This document shows, piece by piece, positions 37,359 through 46,577 of a stretch of DNA of 64,000 bases. The notes under the pieces are model-generated. The model was not told the DNA's origin. It made no database searches and worked only from the letters and a program-made list of their open reading frames with translations. The translations under genes were made by a program, and so were the position numbers. Source of the DNA: Nitrosopumilus sp. (GTDB lineage Archaea; Thermoproteota; Nitrososphaeria; Nitrososphaerales; Nitrosopumilaceae); NCBI GenBank assembly GCA_965205215.1, contig OZ242041.1, forward strand, positions 448,001 through 512,000. Reading direction: 5' to 3'. Position 1 is the stretch's first letter, and each line of letters begins with the position of its first letter.

Positions 37359-39828
37359 TTCCCTCGGGTGCGCCTGCCTCATCAGGCAATACAGCACCCC
37401 CGACGGATTAGCCATTTATTGGAATCTACATTTCCATACACTAGCGGTCTGCGCAGATCAAAGGGCAGCGTGTCGACTCCTGTGACATGTCCACCATTGA
37501 ATCTGGACAGCCTGGTGCTATTTCGTCTCCTTGGTTGCGTATATGCTTTGCCGCATGATGGCTGTGACTGCGCGCTGGCGTGAAGCGGAACCTCGACGTA
37601 CCATACGTGCTGCTGAAGGCCTTGCGCGGAGCCTGCTCAATGGCCTGTGGTTCACAATCGAAAATATATTCAAGTGCCTGCCATACGTTACGTGCACCGG
37701 ACTACGCATCTGTTGCTATCTGCATCACTACTGGTCGGCTTCGTTTGGGGTATGCGCGCCCCAATAATACCAATCTTTGCCGCCAACGAGTTGGGTGCGA
37801 CCTACATTGATATCGGAGTGATAGTAACGGTGACTTGCCTACCATATGTTCTGGTACCGCTGGCGCTAGGGATCGTGCTGGGTCGCATAAACGACAAATA
37901 CCTGCTTGCGGCGGGCTTTGCAGCGTCTGCTGTATCGTTGTACCTGATATCCACCTCGACCACCATAACGGAGCTCACGCTGTACTGCCTCCTATTGGGC
38001 CTTTCATACTCTCTGATATGGCCACCAGCGATACACGCCGTCTCCCAAAACCCCGACACTAGGGTAAAGCTCACGACGAAGCTCATGATGTGCCGCGTGA
38101 TAGGCTTTATGATAGGACCGCTGGTCGGATCACTCATACTGGGGACGTTCGGGGTGGATGACCGTACGCTCCTTCTGATCACGGCATGCATAACAAGTGT
38201 CGGAGTTATCCTGTTCGTACTAAATTACCCGCATCACAAGTCAAAGGGAGTCCAGCTAGATCCTCGTCTGTTCAAGGAGGTACTGAAATTTCCAGTGCAG
38301 GTTACAGTACTGCTATACAGCACCGTCACATTCGGCTTGGTCTTGTCACTGTATCCGGTATTTATACAGGAGCATGGATTCGACGCCGCCGCCGTAATGC
38401 AGCTATACGCCGTCTTTGGAATCACCAAAGTTTTAGGATCGTTTCTGGCAAAGAGGTTGGTCGTACACAGAAGGAAAATACTTCCGCTGTCTACGTCGTG
38501 CGTGATCGCAGCCATGGCCGTATCCATGGCGGCCACCACCTTTGCAGAGTTTGTTGTTGCTATGCTGTTGCTGGGATTTGGACTTGTTTCCATATATCCG
38601 GTGATTCTCGACATGATACTGGCCGGCTCCAAAAAGCTCGCCGCTGGAAGAGTGATAGGGGCGTATGAGGGACTGTACGGAATAGGGCTGGTGGTGGGCC
38701 CGCTTGTAAGCGGTTACATCGGGTACACCCTGGGTGCGGACAGCCTTTACCTGATTCTGCTTGCTACAGGGTTGGCCGTACTGTTGTTAACGTTCCTGTA
38801 TCGCAACAAAATGCGTACTGCGCTAACCGTACTCAAACAAGACGCCAAATCCCAGAAGAACAGGGCCATATTCGTCAAGCAGGAGCTAAAGAACCAACTT
38901 GGAGTAATACTCCTGGGTATCGGCCTGATGGACAGGCGCCTCAAGAGTCCTGGCACGTACAACTCCATCCAGTCTGATATCGCAGATGCATACAGGACTG
39001 TGAACATTAATAGAACCCGCGTCAACGACGTGGTAAATGACGCAGACGATATCATACATTCTGCGCTAGTCAAGGAGATACGCGACACCCTGTCAAAGAT
39101 AGGCAAGATAGATCCAATATCGGGGGCGGGCAAAGGTTACCCTGACTATGACAATATCAAAGAAATGATAGCGTCTTGTACAGACGGGTTAGAACGCAGC
39201 ATAAGTGACGATGCTGTACTAAAGTGACTGTTGAATGCATGATAAAGCGCCTTGACGCGGCTTCGTAGCCAGCGAGCCAAATAATAGAATATCTCCACAA
39301 CCGGAATCTCTTCCCCCTGCAGCATTGGATTCCTGCACCTCTTCCACACTCTCATACAGGCGGTTCCCGATCGCCCTTGTGCGTGTGACCCCCGCTGTCC
39401 TTCCGCCGGATTTGTCCCCGGCGCGTACAGTACATGGAAGTACTGCCGGGACTGTCAAAGCTGCTTGACAGGCGGCAGGCGCTGCACGCGGCCGGCACAG
39501 CCGATGTGGCCAGGACGCCCGGCATCCACGATCAGTCCTGTCGGTAATCGGTGTGGTGGCCGGGAGGGAAGACCAGAAAGAGCGCCAACGCGTCCTCCGG
39601 TGTCCGCCCGCGCGTTCTGGGCTGGCCCGTGCCCTAATCTGCACCCGCTCTCAATGGGCGCGGGGTGGATAAGAAGGGAGGGGGGGGGGGAGGGAGAGGA
39701 GCGGCGGAGAGTTGGACGGTTACCCTCTCCTAGGGATTAGTCAAGTAAACTGACAATTCCCGACATGCCGGATACGCGATTTATACGCCCCCGTGTTTGC
39801 AGTACGCTGTAATGGACGCGATAGGCGA
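37359..39828 (+). repeat. Copy 2 of the tandem segmental duplication (extra ~300-bp segment at 39355-39653)
   Basis: Colinear with 33750-36764; ends in the first codons of the MtrA-like gene. Confidence 0.92.
37692..39227 (+). CDS. MFS transporter with a C-terminal HisKA-like helical tail (copy 2)
   Basis: Close paralog of 34947-36488, intact ORF. Confidence 0.9.
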   Translation: MHRTTHLLLSASLLVGFVWGMRAPIIPIFAANELGATYIDIGVIVTVTCLPYVLVPLALGIVLGRINDKYLLAAGFAASAVSLYLISTSTTITELTLYCLLLGLSYSLIWPPAIHAVSQNPDTRVKLTTKLMMCRVIGFMIGPLVGSLILGTFGVDDRTLLLITACITSVGVILFVLNYPHHKSKGVQLDPRLFKEVLKFPVQVTVLLYSTVTFGLVLSLYPVFIQEHGFDAAAVMQLYAVFGITKVLGSFLAKRLVVHRRKILPLSTSCVIAAMAVSMAATTFAEFVVAMLLLGFGLVSIYPVILDMILAGSKKLAAGRVIGAYEGLYGIGLVVGPLVSGYIGYTLGADSLYLILLATGLAVLLLTFLYRNKMRTALTVLKQDAKSQKNRAIFVKQELKNQLGVILLGIGLMDRRLKSPGTYNSIQSDIADAYRTVNINRTRVNDVVNDADDIIHSALVKEIRDTLSKIGKIDPISGAGKGYPDYDNIKEMIASCTDGLERSISDDAVLK

Positions 39829-40321
39829 CGCGCTGGGAGAACTGTGCAAGATCGTACTGCCCATACGGCCAGAGTCGTATCGCGGAAACCCTCAGTCCGC
39901 GGTTGCCGTCTGTACCCTGTCTGACATTACTCTGCTTGACGATCTGGCCTCCGATCCCGGCGTACTCGGGCGAGTCAACATAGTGGGCCGCCTCCTGTCA
40001 GAGAACAGGGGCATTGACGCCATGCTGGGATACCTGCACGCCAACCCTCACGTGCGCACGGTGATAGTATGCGGAGCAGACGGGGCGGGACACCGCGCGG
40101 GGCACTCCCTGCTCATGCTTCACAGGTACGGCGTTGACCATGACAGCGGCTACGGCAGCAGCGCAGCAAACCGGATAGCGCGCTCGCGCAGCCCCGAGCC
40201 GTATATTACTGCCAGCCCTGATCAGATCGGACACTTTCGTGGCGACATATCCATAGTCGACATGACGGGCACCTCCGACCGCACGGAGGTACTAAGATGC
40301 ATAGGGCGGTACTGCGCGTAG
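39812..40321 (+). CDS. MtrA-like (corrinoid-binding methyltransferase subunit A-like) domain protein
   Basis: GNPQSAVAVCTLS, GRLLSENRGID, NP.VR..IVCG, GH.AG.SL. Confidence 0.85.
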   Translation: MDAIGDALGELCKIVLPIRPESYRGNPQSAVAVCTLSDITLLDDLASDPGVLGRVNIVGRLLSENRGIDAMLGYLHANPHVRTVIVCGADGAGHRAGHSLLMLHRYGVDHDSGYGSSAANRIARSRSPEPYITASPDQIGHFRGDISIVDMTGTSDRTEVLRCIGRYCA

Positions 40322-40346
40322 GCGCCCGCGCGGCCAGCCCCCGCAG

Positions 40347-40745
40347 CTAGTACCCGTCCCTCTGCCTGTCCCTGTTGATCTCGTTTTTGCGCCTATACTC
40401 TGCCAGTATGTCGTCCGGCGTCAGTCCAAGCTCTAGCGATGCCTGTATTACAAAGTGCCATATGTCTATCAGCTCCTCCCTTGCCTCTGTTGTGTCAAAC
40501 TCAGTCGGCGTCTTCCACCACTTCCAGTTGGTGGTGCGCTGCAGCTCCACTGCCTCGTGCATGATCGCGGTGCAGAGGGCCGACACCCTGTCCTCCGTGC
40601 CCTCCGGGTACCTGCCATGCCTCATCATTGAGGCCAGCCCCCTCTGCAGCTCGAATATCTCCTCCAGGCGGTCTGCCGCCGCCGCCGGAGCGTCAGGTTC
40701 GGTCCGCCGCCCGTCTCCGTCCTCATGCGACACATGGCTCACCAT
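40347..40745 (-). CDS. Dimeric dUTPase-like all-alpha NTP pyrophosphatase
   Basis: HEAVEL...WKWWK, EELIDIWHF, KNEIN..RQ..GY. Confidence 0.88.
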   Translation of the reverse strand: MVSHVSHEDGDGRRTEPDAPAAAADRLEEIFELQRGLASMMRHGRYPEGTEDRVSALCTAIMHEAVELQRTTNWKWWKTPTEFDTTEAREELIDIWHFVIQASLELGLTPDDILAEYRRKNEINRDRQRDGY

Positions 40746-40785
40746 ACCGCGCCGTTCCCATATCCGTCACCATCATAACCAACCC

Positions 40786-41691
40786 TCAATGCGGAAACGA
40801 GCTTGTATACTTGTCTGCGCGCCCCGTTATCGCGCCCTTTCTGCCTGCCCCAAGGAGCCCGTCCAGCCCGTACCTTTCGACTGCAAACGATCCCATGACG
40901 TTTCCAAAAATCATGGCGCGCTTGAGATCCCGCACCCGTATCACGCCGCTGTCCAGGCTTGCCAGGTATCCCATCATGGCGCCCGCAAAGGCGTCCCCCG
41001 CCCCGGTGGGGTCCACCACCTTTTCAAGCAGGTATCCCGGCGCGGCCACCACCTTCTGCTTGTAGAACATGAGCGCGCCGTGCTCCCCCTTTTTTATAAT
41101 CAGGAACGGGACGCCGCTCTCCCTCCGGATCTTTTTTGCGCACCGCGCCAGGTTGTCCTCTCCCGCAAGCAGCCTGGCCTCCGAGTCGTTCATTATGGCC
41201 GCGTCCGTCCGCTTCATCAGCTTTATGACCGAGCTGCGCTTTGTCTTTATCCAAAAGTCGATCGTGTCGCACATGGAGAACCTCGCACGCCCAAACTTTT
41301 CGAGCAGCGCCAGATTCTGATCCGGGTCGTTGTTTGCAAGGTACACGTACCGCGACGAGGCATACGTGCCGGGAAGCGTGGGCCTGAACCCGTCAAGCAC
41401 GTTGAGCTCGGTCTTTATCGTGGTTCTGGTGCTGAGCGTCCTGTCGTACCTGCCGTCGTACCTGAATGTCTTGCCGGGCCTGGTGACCAGCCCGTCAAGA
41501 ACCGCGTGCCTGCCCAGGGTGCGGCGGTCCCTCTCCGGCAGGTCGGTTCCCACCACGGCGACGAGCCCCGTCTTTGCAAAACGGCTTGCCGATACGGCGG
41601 CGTATGACGCGGCTCCACCTAGGACGTTTTTGAGGGTCCTTTTCGGCGTCCTTATGGTGTCAAGGGCCACTGAACCGAAGACGGTCAGCAT
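40786..41691 (-). CDS. PfkB-family carbohydrate/nucleoside kinase
   Basis: GSVALD, GGAASY, KKGEHG, DPTGAGDAFAG. Confidence 0.93.
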   Translation of the reverse strand: MLTVFGSVALDTIRTPKRTLKNVLGGAASYAAVSASRFAKTGLVAVVGTDLPERDRRTLGRHAVLDGLVTRPGKTFRYDGRYDRTLSTRTTIKTELNVLDGFRPTLPGTYASSRYVYLANNDPDQNLALLEKFGRARFSMCDTIDFWIKTKRSSVIKLMKRTDAAIMNDSEARLLAGEDNLARCAKKIRRESGVPFLIIKKGEHGALMFYKQKVVAAPGYLLEKVVDPTGAGDAFAGAMMGYLASLDSGVIRVRDLKRAMIFGNVMGSFAVERYGLDGLLGAGRKGAITGRADKYTSSFPH

Positions 41692-41700
41692 GAATGCGCG

Positions 41701-42177
41701 CTAGCTCTGATGTATAAAATCTCTTGCCTGCTCGTCGGTCGGATAGTACTCAAACGGGATCCCGATGGAGGCAAACAGCACGTCGTACTCCGTACTGCCC
41801 GAAATCCTGATTGTCGACGCGTCGCCGCCGCCCTCCCCGTCACCGCTGGGAGTGTGGTACGTGCCGCTGACGGTCGTCCCGTCAAGCGGGGTCAGCGTAA
41901 ACGGAGCCAAGACGCCCTGGCCCACGGCCCTGCCGTCTGACTCTATCACAAACTCGGTCTGGCCCGCCGTCAAGACAAGCAGCGACGGGTTCTCAAACTC
42001 AAGCTCGATGTAATAGTCAGAGCCGTCCCCGTCCGTGCTGAGAAGCTCGTTGTGAGTCATGTTGACCGATATGTGGGACGCCGACGCGTACTGCGCGTAT
42101 CCGAATATCGCAACGCCGATGGCCACCAGCGCGATGATGCCAGCCTTTCTCGACGGCTCCATGATCTGTGTCTGCAA
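41701..42177 (-). CDS. Hypothetical membrane-anchored protein (LEA/WHy-like)
   Basis: N-terminal TM, LEFENPS, beta-rich. Confidence 0.65.
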   Translation of the reverse strand: MQTQIMEPSRKAGIIALVAIGVAIFGYAQYASASHISVNMTHNELLSTDGDGSDYYIELEFENPSLLVLTAGQTEFVIESDGRAVGQGVLAPFTLTPLDGTTVSGTYHTPSGDGEGGGDASTIRISGSTEYDVLFASIGIPFEYYPTDEQARDFIHQS

Positions 42178-42280
42178 AGTTTCCTTTTAACCGCGCCGCG
42201 GAAAAAGTCTAATTTTTTTGATCAGGTAATCAACATAGTTACATTACGCATACTATATCTTGGCGCGAGCATCATGCCGT

Positions 42281-42889
42281 ATGGCGCGAGTCAGGCTTAG
42301 AATGGGCCCAAGTGAGGTGGAGATAGACTCGCGCGACTTTTACGTGGACAACGAGACCGTACGGGCCGTCATAGAGGAGATGGCCCTGTGCATGCAGGAG
42401 GCGCCAGCGGCAGGCAGGCCACCGGCGCCACTTCCAGCTCCCCCGCAGGCCGGGTCACCGGAGTATCTGGACGCCACGGGACTGCGCAACATCAGGGAGG
42501 CCGAGGCGTCTGAGCCGGAATTCTCGGATCACGCCGCAAGCCCCGGGAACGATGACACTGAAGAGGAGCCGCCCCCCGCAGGCCCACGCGCGCAGCGCGC
42601 CCACTCCCGCGAGCAGGTCAGGGACGGACTGCTGATGCTGCTTGACACAGACGCCTTCTTTGACTATCCGCGCACCGTATCTGACATTGCCCAGCGCCTC
42701 CGCGAATGCGGCTGGCGTGCCGGCTCGCTTGCGGTCTCGGAGGTCATGACGGAGCTGGCAATCTGCAAGAGGGTCACCAAAAACTACGTCAAGGGGACTG
42801 CCAGCACGTACGTCTCCGCCGTAGCCCGCGCCGGTTGCTATGAAGCATGCGACGGCCCCCCCGCCGCCGAAATGGCCGCCCCCGCGTGA
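42281..42889 (+). CDS. Hypothetical protein with a C-terminal winged-HTH-like domain
   Basis: FF..PRTVSDI...LR..GW motif; TATA upstream. Confidence 0.65.
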   Translation: MARVRLRMGPSEVEIDSRDFYVDNETVRAVIEEMALCMQEAPAAGRPPAPLPAPPQAGSPEYLDATGLRNIREAEASEPEFSDHAASPGNDDTEEEPPPAGPRAQRAHSREQVRDGLLMLLDTDAFFDYPRTVSDIAQRLRECGWRAGSLAVSEVMTELAICKRVTKNYVKGTASTYVSAVARAGCYEACDGPPAAEMAAPA

Positions 42890-42900
42890 CCTGCACCGTC

Positions 42901-43098
42901 TCACCGCCCGCCTTCTGGAAAACCGCACGTCTGGCATTCGGAAAACGTTACGCCCTCCAGATGGTCAAAGTGCACGTTGCAGTCGGCGCAGGTGTGGTGC
43001 ATGTCATAGTATCCGTCCTCCTCCGGCTCGCCGACCCTGTCCGTCTTTAGGTTCGTGCCCTTGCACTTTATGCAGTGGCAGCCACAGTCGGCGTCCAT
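42901..43098 (-). CDS. Small Cys/His-rich zinc-binding protein
   Basis: CIKC, HTCADC, HFDHLEG, CQTC. Confidence 0.75.
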   Translation of the reverse strand: MDADCGCHCIKCKGTNLKTDRVGEPEEDGYYDMHHTCADCNVHFDHLEGVTFSECQTCGFPEGGR

Positions 43099-43156
43099 GC
43101 CTCGTTTTTGGGGCTGACGTATATTTACCGTGCGTGCGGGGTGATAATGATATCAA

Positions 43157-43408
43157 ATGCCAGCCAGTGAGAATCATAACGGCGGCGACAACGCCGAGGA
43201 TGCCGGCGCCGAGGCCGCGGCCGGGCCCGGCGCGGACGCAAAAGAAGGGGAGGAGGAGGAGGAGCGTGTAATACCGCTGGAGATTGACGATCACTTCCGC
43301 CTGTTTGGCAAGCATCCGTGGGAGGTAGAGTACGGTGAAAAGTGCCCCGAGTGCCAAAGCCGGATCGACGAGTACGGCTTCTGCTCGTGCGGTTCTAACG
43401 GCGACTGA
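43157..43408 (+). CDS. Small acidic zinc-finger protein
   Basis: CPEC..RIDEYGFCSC C-terminus. Confidence 0.75.
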   Translation: MPASENHNGGDNAEDAGAEAAAGPGADAKEGEEEEERVIPLEIDDHFRLFGKHPWEVEYGEKCPECQSRIDEYGFCSCGSNGD

Positions 43409-44513
43409 ACCTTCTTCTCGTGGTGAACACGGCAACAGCAGCTATCGCCGCCAGGCCCGCGACTGCCGCGGCAACAACCCAGGCTCCGTCATCCGGGGAC
43501 TCCGCGCTCACCGGCTGCTGCGCCTGCATCTGTTGCTGCATGTACTGTAGTATGTGCTGCGCCGGCGCGCCCGATATGCTCACCAGGCCCCCCGACTCCA
43601 GGTTTGCCGCGATCAATGTGTGCGTGCCGTTTGGGCGCTTTTGGTGAATTATCTTTTTGCCGTCAAGCGAGACCGTAAACGGCTCGCCCATCAGCTCCAT
43701 CGGGATCGCCATGTCCAGGAACTGGCGGCCCGTCCCATCAGCCCAGAGCGAGATCTCCCCCTTTGGGGCGTCAAATGAGAACTCGCCCACCCCCGAGCTT
43801 GACGCGATCCCGACTTGGAACGCCGCATAACCCGCGATCTCGGCAGTCTCGGCCCCGCTTGAGATCTCCTTTGCATAGTACAGGGTCATGCTGCACCCGT
43901 GGCAGGCAATCTTGTCCTTGTCCCCCAGTTCCACGATCCTGTCGTTTACAAATACCATTGACGCGTCGTCCGGCAGCACAAAGACCGTAGTGTGCGGGTA
44001 CGCATACTCCAGGGAGTATACGCCGTCTGACAGGCTGATCGCGCCGGTGAGGTTGTATTCTGCTACCGCCGGCCGGCCGTCCGCCGCGCGTATTACGGCC
44101 ACCGGCCCGCTCTTGCTTTCGGATGGCAGTGCCAGCACGGGTTGGTTCTCCCGGCCGACGTCGTCCAGGCTCGACACGCGTACGACGGTTTCGTAGACGC
44201 CCTCCGCGTCCACCAACGGCAGCAGTGCCGGCCCGTCCGTGGGGTCAAGCGTGTGCACGACGCGCATGCCCAGCCCGTCATCGCCGGTTCCAAGCGTAAT
44301 CTCGATAGAGTCTTGGCTTGCCTCGGCCGGCATGCTGCCGCCCTCCTCCTCCTCTTGGGCTGACGCCATGTTCTGATATGCAAGGGCGCCTCCAGCGCCA
44401 CCGTCCGCATAAAGACCGCCTGCAGCCAGCAGTAGCGGCGGAAGTAGCAACAACAACAGCAGCAGAGACGGCTGTGATAACAGGCGTGGCGGTATCCTAG
44501 CGTACCTCGTCAT
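43395..44513 (-). CDS. Hypothetical secreted, C-terminally anchored protein
   Basis: Signal peptide, CHGC motif, C-terminal TM followed by RRRFSRR. Confidence 0.7.
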   Translation of the reverse strand: MTRYARIPPRLLSQPSLLLLLLLLPPLLLAAGGLYADGGAGGALAYQNMASAQEEEEGGSMPAEASQDSIEITLGTGDDGLGMRVVHTLDPTDGPALLPLVDAEGVYETVVRVSSLDDVGRENQPVLALPSESKSGPVAVIRAADGRPAVAEYNLTGAISLSDGVYSLEYAYPHTTVFVLPDDASMVFVNDRIVELGDKDKIACHGCSMTLYYAKEISSGAETAEIAGYAAFQVGIASSSGVGEFSFDAPKGEISLWADGTGRQFLDMAIPMELMGEPFTVSLDGKKIIHQKRPNGTHTLIAANLESGGLVSISGAPAQHILQYMQQQMQAQQPVSAESPDDGAWVVAAAVAGLAAIAAVAVFTTRRRFSRR

Positions 44514-44995
44514 GCCTCGATGACCACTCGCGTCATTCTGGCATCGTCTTCCTGCTTGGGGCAGTCGCCGGCGTCCCTTGGGAGCGCCACTATCTTGTCT
44601 GCCACGTCCATCCCCTCCGTGACCTCGCCGAACACGGTATACTGCCTGTCAAGAAACGTGCTGTCGGCGACTACTATAAAGAACTGCGATCCGGCGCTGT
44701 CGGGGTCCTGCGCCCTTGCCATTGATACGATCCCCCTCCGGTGCGAGCGCGAGCTGAACTCCGCCTTTATGTTGTGCCCGGGGCCGCCCATGCCCCACGA
44801 GCCCCGGTTGGGGGTCTTCGTGTTGGGATCCCCCCCCTGTATCATGAACCCCGGTATGATCCTGTGAAACAGCGTCCCGTCGTAAAACCCGCTCCTTGCA
44901 AGGCTCTCAAAATTCCTGACATGCTCGGGCGCAAGCTCCGGCAGCAGCCTGAATTTAATTACGCCAAGTCCGGTCTCTATTTTTGCAGTAGACAC
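44510..44995 (-). CDS. Cyclophilin-type peptidyl-prolyl isomerase
   Basis: FYDGTLFHRIIPGFMIQGGDP, SMARAQDPDSAGSQFFI, YTVFGEV. Confidence 0.96.
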   Translation of the reverse strand: MSTAKIETGLGVIKFRLLPELAPEHVRNFESLARSGFYDGTLFHRIIPGFMIQGGDPNTKTPNRGSWGMGGPGHNIKAEFSSRSHRRGIVSMARAQDPDSAGSQFFIVVADSTFLDRQYTVFGEVTEGMDVADKIVALPRDAGDCPKQEDDARMTRVVIEA

Positions 44996-45137
44996 GCGTT
45001 GCCTGCATATCGTATCCTAATAACCCTTTGGCAGAACCGCGCCGGACCGGATATATTGTGATCATAGTTCAGAGTCTGCATTTGTTTTGGCTTTTTTTGA
45101 TATAGTATTATATAGAACGGCCCATACCGAGTATCCG

Positions 45138-45383
45138 TTGATCAGTTCTAAGAACCAGAGCGCCAGAATAAAGGCGACGATAAACTCTTTTCTCGACCAG
45201 GGACTGACGGACAAACAAGTCATCTACAACAAGGTGGTCGACGAGCTGGGCGTCCCGAGGCCCACGGTACGGCGGGTCGCAAGGGATCTAAGAAACGAGT
45301 TGCTGGAAAAGATAAACGTTCTACAGTCCACAATGCCGAGGGAGGCAGACGGCGGATCCCGCGGCATCGGTGCGAAGAACTAG
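45138..45383 (+). CDS. Small HTH-like hypothetical protein
   Basis: VVDELGVPRPTVRRVARDL helix-turn-helix pattern; TTATATA upstream; TTG start inferred. Confidence 0.65.
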   Translation: MISSKNQSARIKATINSFLDQGLTDKQVIYNKVVDELGVPRPTVRRVARDLRNELLEKINVLQSTMPREADGGSRGIGAKN

Positions 45384-45627
45384 GGTTGCTTTGAACCCCT
45401 GTTTTTTAACTTGGGCGCGGGCCGGCTGCGATGCGCCGCTTATCATATGATCATAAGCAGGCGTGAATCCGGGTTGTTGCGCGGGCCGGCGTTGCCGGCA
45501 GCGGCCTTCCGCCTTGCGGGCGCAGACAAGGTTTTCGGGCGTTATTACCACTGGCGCGCGTTCCGGAATTAATCGCGCATGGTCTGGTCTGCCACCGCCC
45601 CTGCGCTTACTAAAAAGATCATATCGA

Positions 45628-45704
45628 TGGTGGGCCGAGTGAGATTCGAACTCACGATCACCGCCGTGTCGAGGCGGTATCCTAACCAGCTAGACTACCG
45701 GCCC
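45628..45704 (-). tRNA. tRNA-Val(GAC) with encoded CCA
   Basis: Reverse complement GGGCCGGTAGTCTAGCTGGTTAGGATA-CCGCC-TCGACAC-GGCGG...GTTCGAATC...CGGCCCACCA. Confidence 0.93.
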
Positions 45705-45770
45705 ATCGGATCACAAACCTTGGCGCAGGTATTATTAAGGTTTAACAGGGATGGCCCCTGACGCATCAGC

Positions 45771-46547
45771 ATGGCCGGTAATTCTTCAGACGATTTCAGT
45801 GACGAGGAGAAGGGTGGCCTGTACAAGGCCATCTACACCAGGAGGGACGTGAGGTCGCACTTCAGGCCGGGCCGCATAAGCGACGAGACGGTTGCCCGGA
45901 TCCTCCACGCGGCGCACCACGCGCCGTCAGTTGGCTTCTCGCAGCCCTGGAACTTCATACTGATAAGGGACGCCGCGACCCGCCGCAGGATAAAAGAGTC
46001 CTTCGAGGCCGAAAGGAAGAGATCGTCGGACATGGTGCGGGACGACCCGGAGAAAAGGTCAAGGTACCTGTCCTTCAAGCTGGAGGGGATACTAGAGTCG
46101 GCGCTCAACCTGTGCGTGACGTACGATCCCGCGAAGTTTGGCCCGTTCGTGATCGGGAGATCGAGCATCCCTGAGACGGGGCTGTACAGCGTCTGCTGCG
46201 CCATCCAGAACCTCTGGCTGGCGGCCAGGACGGAGGGCATAGGGGTCGGATGGGTCAGCATACTCTCAAACGACGTTCTCAGGGAGGTGCTGCAGATACC
46301 CGGCCACGTCGTGCCGGTAGCGTACCTCTGCCTGGGGCACGTTGACAGGTTTGCGCCAAAGCCTGACTTGGAGGAGGCCGGCTGGCTTCCGAGGCTTGCG
46401 CTGGGGGACGTGACATACTTTGAGCGGTGGCGCAACGAGGATGCCGGCGGCGTCTGGGAGGGAATGCAGGACATGATCAGGGACATGGCCGCCGCCGACG
46501 GCGTGCCGGCAGGTTCAGGCGCCCGTGCCTCCCCGCCCTCCGAGTAG
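45771..46547 (+). CDS. bluB: 5,6-dimethylbenzimidazole synthase (nitroreductase family)
   Basis: RRDVR.HF, AHHAPSVGFSQPWNF, KLEGILES, SVCCAIQNLWLAAR.EG.GVGWVS. Confidence 0.92.
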   Translation: MAGNSSDDFSDEEKGGLYKAIYTRRDVRSHFRPGRISDETVARILHAAHHAPSVGFSQPWNFILIRDAATRRRIKESFEAERKRSSDMVRDDPEKRSRYLSFKLEGILESALNLCVTYDPAKFGPFVIGRSSIPETGLYSVCCAIQNLWLAARTEGIGVGWVSILSNDVLREVLQIPGHVVPVAYLCLGHVDRFAPKPDLEEAGWLPRLALGDVTYFERWRNEDAGGVWEGMQDMIRDMAAADGVPAGSGARASPPSE

Positions 46548-46577
46548 GCTTAAATAATTAGCGACATTTCTCACGCT

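Noticed and set aside
39812-40321. Methanogenesis/Mtr complex
   Set aside because: Only a lone MtrA-like domain is present, with no other mtr genes; such stand-alone domains occur in non-methanogens.
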